The translations under genes and the position numbers were made by a program. Source: Fimicolochytrium jonesii (taxonomy: Eukaryota). From it: a stretch of DNA of 64,000 nt. The first letter of the stretch is position 1; every line of letters begins with the position of its first letter. The DNA is taken from positions 248,001 to 312,000 of the forward strand of contig NW_026515700.1 of NCBI RefSeq assembly GCF_025526975.1, read 5' to 3'. Below the pieces are notes generated by a model. That model was given only the letters and a program-made list of their open reading frames with translations. It was not told the origin of the DNA and made no database searches. Shown one piece after another: positions 1 to 10,343 of the stretch.

Positions 1-11
1 GGCCCATCCGC

Positions 12-63
12 CTCTGCGCCAGCTCTGCGCAGTCTCTGCAAAGTCTCCGCCCCAGCTCTGCGC
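12..63 (+). repeat. Subterminal repeat array, 5 x CTCYGCNN with exact 11-bp period
   Basis: ctctgcgc at 12, ctctgcgc at 23, ctctgcaa at 34, ctccgccc at 45, ctctgcgc at 56. Confidence 0.85.
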
Positions 64-211
64 TTCCCCATCCCGGGCACCCCCCCCCCCCCCCCCCCCC
101 GCGGCGGACAGCCATTGCCCCTGGGAAATAGATAGGGGTGAGTGGAAGAGGGGGGATGGGGAGGAGACGGGGAGGGACGAACCTCATCTTCGGATATACT
201 GGTAGTTTCGT

Positions 212-1709
212 TCAACCACTTTGCGTGGAAGTTGAGGAGCCGTATGGTTTCGCCCAGTTCGAGGCGCACGACGATGTTGGTGCAGGGTTCGTGGTCGTTT
301 CGTGGTGGTGGTGTGGGTACGGATTGTCCTCATCATCAGGGAGGCCGTATTTCCGGATGGCCGCGGCCGTCGCCAGGGGCAGTGTCACAACAGCCGTGTG
401 GCGACTGCGGCCAGACGTGTCAAGCACCGCCGTTCCGTGGAGCTTGTGAGGCATCCACGTCCACATGCAGTCCGGCTGCAGCACCAAGTAGAAGCCTTGC
501 TCTGGCAGCGCAAATACCCACTCGCCGACGACGGTTGGCGGAGCGGCGGCGTAGCCTGCCGCCCATTGCCTGCATAGCTTGCGGGCTTGAAGCTCCTCCG
601 GAAGCTCCTCCTTGGGGGTCGGCTTCCATTTGGCGCGGCCTGTGTTCGGGTTCAGCTCGCCGGCTACGCCGTCGTCCGACGGGTCGGAGTGAACGACCAC
701 TTGATAGTTGGTGGTGGCAAACATCGGGGGGAACTCATCGGAATGTGGCCCGTACACCTCTGGCATGGCCATCATCAGGTGGGCCGCCGCGGTGGGGTTG
801 GTTTGGCGAGCTCCTGCAGCAATCGCTTGGGGAAGGCCTTTTCCAAGGCGACCAGGAACTTCTTTGCCGACATGTCTGCCCCTCCTTTCATTGAATAGTG
901 CGACGTCCCCCTGGCATATCCCGAGTTCTTGTTGCCACGACGAAGCCCAGCGGCGTGCATTGTGCCCCTTGAGGCCTTCCATCGAACCACAGCCGGCCGG
1001 GATCCACACGACTCGACGATGAGCCCCAGCCGCAGGTTGTGTTCGCGACGGCCCGCACTGTTGTACGAGATTGTGGCCACAAGGGCGCCGTGCTTGTCGC
1101 GGATGTAGATGTCGCCCCCCCCCCCCCCCCCTCGGGGTTTAATTCGCTCAAGCCCATCCAGGCCGCTCGTCTCTCCCCAAACCCCGCATAGACCATCTCA
1201 CCATCCCAGGCATTGCACGAGGCGGGCGTTGGCACCACGATGTGAGCAGCCGGGCGGCTAGCGGAGGGCTGGGGGTCCACCGAGAAGTCGGCCGTGGTAA
1301 GACTGCCATCGCTGATCGCGGTGATGATGCCGCACTGGAGCCCAATGTGGTGCTTGGCGCGCTTCTTCTGGTGACGGGACCGCGTTGGCCTATTGATCCA
1401 CCAGCCCCAAAGGGTGGGGTTGTCTTGCTTGATCTTCTTTGAAAAAAGGCCAATCGCCTTGGCCTTGTCTTCTAGGCTGGCGTCCCGGGCGGCAAGGCCG
1501 GCGTCTACCAGCAGGGGATACAAAAAGGCCACCGTGTCGCCGAAGATAGCTGTGGCATGGCTCTGGCCCATGCCCATCAGAAGAGCCTTGACCGCGGTGG
1601 GTGCGACGGGGGGCGTGGCCTGTGGCGCGGTAGAGGGGAAGGGGGGGAGGGAAGGTGTTAGCAGCTCAGCCCGCGAGATCAGCGTATAGCAAACACGCTC
1701 AGGCAGCAT
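212..1709 (-). CDS. TET/JBP-family 2OG-Fe(II) dioxygenase, split by two 1-nt frameshifts (error or pseudogene)
   Basis: Joining ORFs 888-1709, 775-1080 and 212-1009 gives ...DIYIRDKHGALVATISY...RGTMHAAGLRRG...FATTNYQVVVHSDPSD...GEWVFALPEQGFYLVLQPDCMWTWMPHKLHGT...SRHTAVVTL. The HxD (683-691), distal His (437-439) and 2OG-binding Arg (401-403) occur in the order and context typical of TET/JBP. The frameshifts fall at the C17 tract (1115-1131) and at a short A run near 802-804. Confidence 0.72.
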
Positions 1710-1710
1710 G

Positions 1711-1884
1711 GCCCATGCAGGTCAACCTCCCGCAAGCGGCGGTCGTGCTCAACATGGACCGCGAGCCCAGGCGGCCAACACCCAGCGGAGACGCCCAGAC
1801 AGCACAGCCCATGCAGGTCGACCTCCCGCAAGCGGCGGTCGTGCTCAACATGGACCGCGAGCCCAGGCGGTCAACACCCAGCGG
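1711..1884 (+). repeat. 78-bp direct repeat, 2 copies, 96-bp period
   Basis: 1711-1788 and 1807-1884 differ at 2 positions. Confidence 0.9.
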
Positions 1885-1894
1885 CCACTCACCT

Positions 1895-2073
1895 CGCTTG
1901 ACGTTCCCATGCTCAAATGCGCTTGCTCTGCGTGAGTTGCCGGGCTTGAGCTGGAAGGAGGTGGGCGCTGGCCAGGGGGGTGAGGGGGCCGTTGTCCGCC
2001 GCGAGCGCTTGACGTTTCCATGCTCAGAGTGTGCTCTGCGTGAGTTGCGTGAGCTGCGAGCGCTTGACGTTTC
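1895..2073 (+). repeat. Degenerate repeat CGCTTGACGTTYCCATGCTCA...TGCTCTGCGTGAGTTGC
   Basis: Copies at about 1895-1940 and 2006-2048, with a partial copy (gcgcttgacgtttc) at about 2060-2073. Confidence 0.8.
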
Positions 2074-2267
2074 GTGTGAGAGGAGGAGACCGTGGTCTTG
2101 GAGATGCGGCGACAAGCCACGACTGCGCCATAACTGCGCCAGGCTGTAAATCCTCCCCGCTATCCGCAATCATTACCACAGCACTGACGCGCCTTCTTTG
2201 ACACACAGCCATCAGCAGCCATCACGGCAATCACCTGCAACACCTGTCTCGGCACAGCACAGCCAAC

Positions 2268-5140
2268 ATGTCATCACACCAGGCGCTCCAGGGGCACCTG
2301 TGGTGTGGCATCTTTACTGGAGCAACCACACCACGGCGGAAGAGGAGGAAGGTTGCTCCGGTTACCCCGCGATTGCCCATACGTCTGCCAGCCACACCAT
2401 TGCAACCCCCACGATTCGAGCTCCCGCCCTCTGTCCATCGCCACTTGCCCGAAGCAATTGCAGACATGGTTGGCGAGAGCTCCAGCGATGAAGACGGGCA
2501 ACAGCAGCAGCAGTGAGGGCTTTCACCCATGGACAGGGGTCTGCAGCGTCCGTTGAACCTCCCTGCTCCCATCCCTTTCCTTTTTCCCAGCACACCGGGT
2601 GGACCCCTGGTGTATGAACCCCCGCCACCACCACCCCTGCCACCACCACCAGCTCAACGACCCCGCCCGCAGACACACGCCAGCATGAAGGTTTCCCTTC
2701 ACCGAATCCAAAATCACAATCAAGTCCAAAGGGAGCGCCTGACAACGTTCATCGCCGATGTTCACGTCCTTGCGCGCCACACCACCTTCTTTATCAAGTA
2801 CTACCTTGGTGAGTTTTTGAGGTACACTATACTGTATATTTCCCATAAAACAATGTCCTGACTGCTACATCTGCCCACCCCACCACAGCTGACCATCCTC
2901 TACATGATTTCCCGGACATCAGCAACAAGCGCGTCAGTGTGATGTTTGACCTGCTCAACAATCCAGGCTACAATGGCAATCCGCTCATCGCGCAAGAGTT
3001 GCGTCCATGGGTTCAAGACTACTGTGATGTTCACGGATTCGCCCCCATCCGCATGCGAAATTGCCAACAGACCGCAGCGTACACGGCTACGAGCATCCTC
3101 ACAAACCTCAAAGTTAACGTGCAAGAGCATTTCATGCAAATGTTTCTGCGCTACGTCAATGAAAGGCTTGGTTTGAAGCAAGTCGAACGGCATCTCCGGA
3201 GAGCGCAGCGGCGATGCTATTATCATCGTGTCCGTCAATTTACAAAGTACGCGACGTTTGAAGAGTACCCAACCAAAGAGGAGCTTGCGCGCCTCACACG
3301 ACTTGAGTGGACCATCCTCGACGAGTTATGGGCTTTGTTTCCTCTTCAGGATGAGCCGCTTGCGTACAGCCTTGCGGTGGAAGCAATGCCATATTTAGGT
3401 GAGCTATGTCCCGTACATTTACCCCCCCCCCCCCCCCCGCGGCTTCCTCTTTTGTCTAATCATGGTCCGCACCTGCCCTCGTCATAGGCGCCTACTGTGA
3501 GCTCTCACGTCTCTATGAGCGCTGTGGAATGCGGCTGTTTTCAGCTATCCCGCTGCGCAAATCTCGAATCCAGTCATCTGTTCGGATCGACAAGAGGATC
3601 CTAGGCACTCATATCCTGGGCTTGAGCCAAAGTCGCATGGGGAAATTCACCGATGAACGCAAGCGGGAGCTGTGGGGGCAGTTTCTCAACGTGAAGGTAA
3701 GTCTCTATCCCTCTGCGCTTATTTCACTCACCTCCCCTCGCTGAATGACAGATTGCAGGAGAAGGTCTTCAAGGATTGAAAGAAGCTTGGTCTCAAATTT
3801 GATGGGTCAATCAGCACAAACGCGTATTCCGCTACTATCCACTTCAAGAAGCCAGGGCTCAAGTATGGGCATCGGGCCCGGAAGCGCAGCAAGGCCCAAA
3901 TGCAGGAAGAAGTCAAGCAGCTGTACTTTGAGCACCACATTGCCAAACTACGGGAGGCTCCAAACATCGTCAGCATTGATCCGGGCAAGCGTGACCTCTT
4001 GTTCTGTCGAGACATCAAGAAGGAGCGGCCATTTAGGTACGTTTCAGCTCTTGCGGAATGTCGAACGAAGGGGATCGTGGGGACAGGGATGGGGAGGGTT
4101 GAGGAGGGCGCCGATGGGGATGGCGACAGCAGGGACAGCGGCAACAGCGGGTATAGCGGCAACAGCGGGGATAGCGGTGACAGTGGGGATAGCGGCGACA
4201 GCGGGGATAGCGGCGACAGCGGGGATAGCGGGAACAGCAGGGCAGTAGTAATCTCACAATGCACCACCCCATACCAGATACACATCCAATCAAAGGGCGG
4301 TCGAGACAAAGTCTCGGTACTTTCAAAGAGACATGACAGAGTGAAAGATCAATGCCGGCATCGCTGAGATGGAATCACATATTCCGTCGCACGAGAGCAT
4401 GAACATCGAGGCGTTCTCAGCGTTCATCGTGGATTACGAACATGCGGGTATGATGTTCTACTTCACTTTTCATTTTCAACCTTGGTAACACATGGGCTGA
4501 CATCCATCCATATCCCAGATCCCGCCCTGGATGAGTTTTACCAGGATGAGATTCATGTAGCTCCCAGATTCAAGGCGTTCTCACTGCGGCAAAAGTCTGA
4601 GAGCAAGCTCATCAAAAACATGCGAAGCCTGTATGGAAAGCATTTTTCGGTCATCTTGGGTGATTGGAGCGACGCTGGAAAAACCATGCGCTTTCAGGAG
4701 TCATCAAAGACCAAAGGGTGAGTGACTATCATTGGTAATATGTATTACAGTATGCCAACTCATCATGGAACAGATTCCGCACACTCTTTGCAAGAAACAG
4801 CATTCCATGCTACTTGCTAGATGAGTATCGAACGTCTTCCGTGTGCCCAGACTGCCACCGGCGTGTGAGGAAAAACATCCGACAGCGGCTGTCATCTCGG
4901 CCGTGGCAAGCTCGAAAGGGAAGAATGGAATTCGTCCATGGATTGGTGGGTTGCCCCAACCCCGAATGTATCAACCAAGACTGGACGCCATTTGAGATTC
5001 CTGGAAGACGACCACTACGACTATGGATGAGAGTGCACAATCGGGACGTCCTAAGCACCAAGAATTTCCTCTTGATTGTGCGTTCGGTGGTGTTTGGCAA
5101 TGGCCGCAGACCAGACGCATTCTCCCGTAACCGTAGGTAG
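2268..5140 (+). pseudogene. Fanzor1 (TnpB/Cas12-related RNA-guided nuclease), 7 exons, three in-frame TGA codons
   Basis: Exons by eye are 2268-2808, 2889-3398, 3488-3696, 3759-4036, 4278-4447, 4519-4717 and 4774-5140, all GT-AG and frame-consistent. Motifs: FSAIPLR..VRID, FDGSISTN, RuvC-I SIDPGKRDLL, RYTSNQRAVET, ILGDWS, RuvC-II LDEYRTS, Zn finger CPDC...CPNPEC, RuvC-III NRDVLSTKNF. In-frame TGA at 2514, 3777 and 4342. ATG 2529 is an alternative start. Confidence 0.9.
4122..4238 (+). repeat. Minisatellite, 13 x 9 bp (GGNGAYAGC-like) in Fanzor intron 4
   Basis: Alternating ggcgacagc / ggggatagc-like units inside the intron 4037-4277. Confidence 0.9.
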
Positions 5141-5280
5141 TCTAGAATCCTCACCCCATCCCATTTTCCGTGGTGGTTATCTGCCATCCACATCATTGTA
5201 CCTCTGCCTGAGGCGTCGCCGGTGATGGCAACTTTTACCTTCGATCAACTCATGATGGGCCATACCACAAATTTTTGTGC
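5141..5280 (+). ncRNA. Putative Fanzor omegaRNA (scaffold to about 5261 plus flank-derived guide)
   Basis: It lies between the Fanzor stop and the right element end. Stem TGCCATC 5182-5188 / GATGGCA 5224-5230, inner hairpin CCTC 5201-5204 / GAGG 5210-5213, and possible pseudoknot CATCAT 5191-5196 / ATGATG 5252-5257. Boundaries are inferred. Confidence 0.6.
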
Positions 5281-5417
5281 TGTTCTTCCTACGTCGGATC
5301 AAACTAAAGCCTTGCCACTATTTCACTCTATGTGGTCAACACTGCATACACTACATACGTCTCTCTATCTCTCGCCCACTGCGAAATGATCATATCGAAT
5401 ATCTGCACCTCATCCTA

Positions 5418-8400
5418 TCACCTTCTACGCCGCCATGCATCCCAGTTAACCTTCCCCATCGCCCGTCTCCTCTGTTGCGAGCGATCAGCTGAGCGAGCGA
5501 CCGCGTCCATGTGAGCAATGGGGACCATGCTTGGACGTCCGTGGGCTGACAATTGATACCAAAAAAAAATTTAGTTTTATGTGCGTGGGTGATGGTGGAT
5601 GGAAAGAGGGAGGAAGCGAGGGAAAAGGGAACGAGGGTCGTACCACATTGGAAGGGGAACTTGCATCGTTTAAGTTTCTCGATGAGGGCTGTGCATTCGT
5701 CCGCCGATAACGGGTCTCCGAACATGATCGCCGAGCTATATTCAAAGAGAGGAATTTTGCAATCAAGAAGAGAACAACAAACAGTACAACGACGAAGGGA
5801 CACCTTACCGGCACGCCTTCGACCACAATATCTCCAAGATCCCCCTCGGACACCTATCCTTAACACCAGTCCCGCTAGATTCTTCAAGCCAGTACAGATG
5901 CTGCCTGATCAGATCCCTCGCCACGCCGGGATCCACTGCGCATCTATCTGCGATCAGCCGCGGGAGACTAGTCAACATCAAGCTCGTGGGGGCGTCCGGG
6001 TTCGAAAGGATCTGGGTGTTGGCGGAAGGCTGGATGGCGGTATTGGACGTCGACGGAAGGGAGAATACTATGCCCCAGGATGTGAAGGCGGCGGCGTGAC
6101 GGAGGGCGGCTTGTGCTTCGCGCGACGGGAGACTGACGCGGAGAGGCGGATCGAGGGTGATTTTATCCACGCAACGTTGCGGATGAGGGACCGCGCCTTC
6201 AATAGGCTGCTCGGCCGCCGCCTTTGAATTTGGTTTAAGTTCTTCATCGGGAATCACAGGGGTGACAACCTCATCCACAATCCACAAGTCCTCCAAAAGC
6301 TTCTCCAACCGCACCCTCTCATCCGCGGCATGCTGATCGACGATGAGCATCATCTCCAGGGCCCCGTCGTCGCCCACAGCGTTGCAAATGATGAATTTCT
6401 TATCCACTTGGGCAATCACCTGCACCCGCTCAAACAGCTCTCGGGTGATGTGCTGCCGTACATTCTCCACCGTGACGCCGTTGAACAGGTGGTTGGCTTT
6501 ATCGGTGAAGCTGCGGGGAGCGGCGTCTGTGATGACGGAGCTGGAGCGGAGCTGCTTTTCGCCGCGTTTAAAGACTGGGTTCTTCCATTTCTGTGACAGC
6601 GGGGAAGTCAGGAAGGTCCATGCATGCCTATATAACTTCCCCGTATTACCCTTAATGCATCACCCAGCTTCAATTGTCCAAGTGCCCCGCCCGTAGAGAG
6701 CCCTTCGCTTCGCGATCTCTTCACTCTGGAGGTGTTGACGAAGGGGTTTCCTGATCCGACTCCCGAACCTTCTTTCTCTCTCGGCTTCGTATTGCCAGGT
6801 AACGCTCGATAGCTATAAGGGAAGAGAATACTTGGAGATATTCTTCAGCTGAGTGAGGCCCCAATCTGTCATGCTTACGAATTGCCAGTCCTGGTATCAA
6901 CATAAAAGCTGGAGTTCTGCTGCATATTCTCCACGATGGCAAACTCATCCCCCGTCTCTGTCCTAACCACCGCATGTTCACCACCTTGGCGAGAGTTGTG
7001 AATCGACTTCGATGTCGAATCGTACAGCATTTGCCCGGCAGGTTTTGCACTTCTTGTCGGAACTGGAAGCGCAATATGTAGTGGGAGTGTCGCCTGTAGC
7101 CGACTGCGCTCCATGTTGGACTCTTGCACACTGTCGGGGTCGGAGTCGATATCGGAGGTTTCCCCTACTAACGAGTTCAGGTCGTTGGCATCTTGTGTGA
7201 AGTCGTTCTCGATCAGGAAGTCAGAGACGATGTCCTCGACCATTTGCGTTATGAAATCCCAGTCCTGATGTCCGACATGTTTTTGAGATACTTCGTGTTG
7301 GCTGAGGTTCGTGACAAAATACTGCTTACCGCAAACTCAACAACGTTTTTTCCGGGATCCAGAAGGATATCGAACGTCCCCGGAGGACACAGAACCTTCA
7401 GAAAGAAGACGGGAAACTTCTCGCTGGTCTTCGCGCTATATTCTGCCAACCGATCAACGATGGTTTGGAAGTCGAAGGAATAAAACCAGTACAGTACGTA
7501 CTCCCTTTCTTTGCCGGCGATCCGTCATCAAATCCCAAAGTCAATCCCTCATCGGGGCCCTGCAAACATCGTAGTATGCCTTTTTAGCAAGCCGTATGCT
7601 TATTGAGACAAGATCTTCTTACATTCCCTCCAAATGAACTCCGCAAGAAGAGGCGATTGATCGTCGAATGTAGAAGATTTGGGGATAGAAAGTGATGGTT
7701 CACATCTGGCGGCAGCGAAAAGTGCGGTTTGAACACTGGACGTGGCAGAACCTTTTTCGGCTTCAAACACCACGGGAACCTACATATGTATTGATGACGC
7801 TGCACACGCTCAGTACAAGTACTCTGCGAGGGAAGTGTCAACGGAATAGCCAAACCTTTGATGGATATCCGCGGAGTGAGATGAACCCAGTAATCTGGAA
7901 TCCTTTCCGCATTTTCGAAACTTCTAATAGGTCCTAGGAATCCAACGTGAGTTTAAGGTAGGAGTGCGCCTGCGATCCCAATGGGAAAATACTTGGGCAA
8001 GCGACATCCCAAACAGCTGTCTGAACGTGGACTGCGGTGAATCCGCCTAAAACCATACATGAGTCAGCTGACATGGCTTACGGCAGGACATCCAGAGACA
8101 AATCACACCTTTCTGGTGGCCAGCACCTTTACGTTGCGGCTTTCGTCAGTCAGCGACAAAGTCAGTTGTGGGTTTGAGAGTGCTATTGGCTCCAAAGCTC
8201 TTTTTGTGCCTTCCATGACGTTTTCTGATTGAAGCATCTTCCGACGAACTGGTTGCTGCATCCGAAATCGTAATCAGCGGACGAGTTCCACCAGGAAGCA
8301 AAGGATATCCCGAGAAAATCAAATCTCACGTTGCAAAAGATGTCGTTCACAATGACCGTCGTTCCGCGTCGTCGCGCTGTCGGTGAAGGGCAAAACTTGC

Positions 8401-8915
8401 GCCGCTTCCCGTTCTATTGAACAAGCTACATCAGGCGACTGCCCACGGATGGATACAAGAGATTAGCTAGCAACTTACATCCATTTGGAGATAGTATGTT
8501 TGCAGGTGGTTGCTTTTGCTCACAACCTCCACAGAAGCAATATCTGCTATGCTTGCCAGCGCCTCGCCACGAAATCCATAAGAAACATCGCTTGCCTCGT
8601 TGCCGGCCTTGGAAGTGACTGGCACATATGAAGGATTGCGTCACGATGGCTGTCAAGGTTTCGAGAAAACATTTCTCTCTCCTTTCGCTTACCGTATCGT
8701 TCCCCTAGAAGCCGCATGCCCTCCGGGTCAATGCCCAAGCCATTGTCCAGCACCTGAACAGAAGGAAGTGTATGGTTGACCACAACTTGGATCAGGGTAG
8801 CTCCTGCGTCCAGGGAGTTTTGGACGAGCTCAACGACGCACTGAGAAACGGAGCTGATCACCACGGCGGAACGGAGCCGAATCACGACATCATCTGGGAG
8901 GCGACGAAGAGACAT
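5418..8915 (-). CDS. MLH3: DNA mismatch repair / meiotic MutL homolog Mlh3 (multi-exon)
   Basis: N-terminal GHKL motif VVELVQNSLDAGAT..DNGLG. C-terminal endonuclease motif DQHAADERVRLE, plus SKACR-SAIMFGD and PFQC-AHGRPS. Stop at 5418-5420. Confidence 0.92.
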
Positions 8916-10343
8916 TGCGGACAGGATTTTCCACAGCGCTCTGCCGAACCACCTCGCTCCCCGCCCATGAACTACGGGTTAGATATTCTTTCAAAAGATG
9001 GTGCGGAAGTCGGTCAGAAGTCGTTGCAATCGCCAATGTTCCCACCACTTTCCCACGGAAAAGTGCAAGGGCCACACTCCGAAGTTTGGAATTCACGAAC
9101 GCGTGAGTAAGGTGTGGCTGGAACGTGGCTGGTGCCCTTGGCTGCGCCTCTTTTCTTGCAAGTCCGCCAAGTATAAAAGAGCCGGAGCTTCGTTCACTCC
9201 TTTTCCTCTTTAGACATTTAGAAACCGGCAGGGCAGGTGCTCGCTCAACAGGGACCGCTGAACGTCGGTGTTTTATCGGCTGATGAGGACGGTCTTTGAG
9301 AGTGCCTAGCAATCGTCCTTGCATCCGGTCAGATAAAGCTGTAAAAGGCTCCCCATTAATCGCGGGGTTGAGGGTTCATTCTTGACCTCACCTCTTCACC
9401 CGTTTCATGCTGGGGGTTCATTTCTTTCTCTCTCTCTCTTGACCAACGTCCATTTCGAGTGCAGAGGTGTTTGCCATTGTCGCGGCCAAAATGGATGGCC
9501 CAGCCCTCGTCCGTTTTCTGTAGGGTCCGTTCAGGAGCTTCCGTCTCCTGGCCAAGATCCGGAAGGCTTTGAAAAGGAGCTCAGCCAACAAGCCCTGAAA
9601 CTCATTTCTACGCATGTTGCTGTACTGTATGTTGTCCATGTTTCTTCTAGTGATGTTTGGGACTCCATTGTCAGGCGAGAATCGAATAGAGCGTCGTCCG
9701 GGGTGGATTTCCATCGTCTCGACCCTGGCCCCCTGCTGTTCCCTCTTTCATTGATTCCAATTCGGGTCTCGCCATGTTAAGCTTATTTGCGGACTTCGAA
9801 GATCGGAGCTTCCAGATCTCAAAGGCCGTCCGTCCTCCCAGATCTCAAAGTTCGTCCTGGTGGCTCCTCTGCTACCGCTGGTATCTGCCCGACGTTCATG
9901 AATGACGTTTATAGCGACAGAGCCGATTTCCAGCACGAAGGTTTCTCATGACAATGATGTGGTTGTCATATGTTCACTCCTCCGTGCTTGAATTTTCGAA
10001 CGCTTCGCAACCTGTAGACAATCGCAGATCGCCCGGCACACCAGTGTCTCACAACAGTGTTTGAACATGTTCTTGAACATGTCCTCCCGCATCGGGTTAT
10101 CACTTTTTGTCTTGCATGGACTGCCCTAGACTTGTGGAGACGACGTCGAACACGAGCAACCAAATCGGATCCGAATCTCAGTTAGCAGCCTTTGGCACTC
10201 GTTGCTCCCGTGTCAAGTGCAAGCGAGGTTTCCGGAGCGCACTGCATTGCATGAACGCCGCACCGAACATCGCTTAGCAAAACGGCATCCGAGGGAAGCA
10301 AACGTGCATAAGTCACGCCTAGCAACGAAACGCAGCACTGTCG

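Larger units (their letters stand above)
1..5261. mobile_element. Putative non-autonomous DNA element carrying TET/JBP dioxygenase + Fanzor1
   Basis: GGCCCATC (1-8) is the exact reverse complement of GATGGGCC (5254-5261). There are five 11-bp-phased subterminal repeats at 12-63. The cargo is typical of mobile DNA, and host gene MLH3 ends about 155 bp beyond the right end. The left flank and TSD cannot be seen because the window starts at base 1. Confidence 0.6.

Noticed and set aside
1711..2073. Possible CRISPR-like array beside the nuclease
   Set aside because: There are only 2-3 copies of unequal, degenerate repeats and no regular unique spacers.
2514..4344. Genome-wide TGA reassignment as the explanation for the Fanzor stops
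   Set aside because: Host genes in the window (MLH3, PTS, BET4, CHK1) terminate at TGA.
3728..4367. ORFs with (GDS)n, (PLS)n or (ATAGI)n repeats
   Set aside because: They are translations of the intronic 9-bp minisatellite. Splicing 4037-4277 restores the Fanzor RYT..QR..ET motif.
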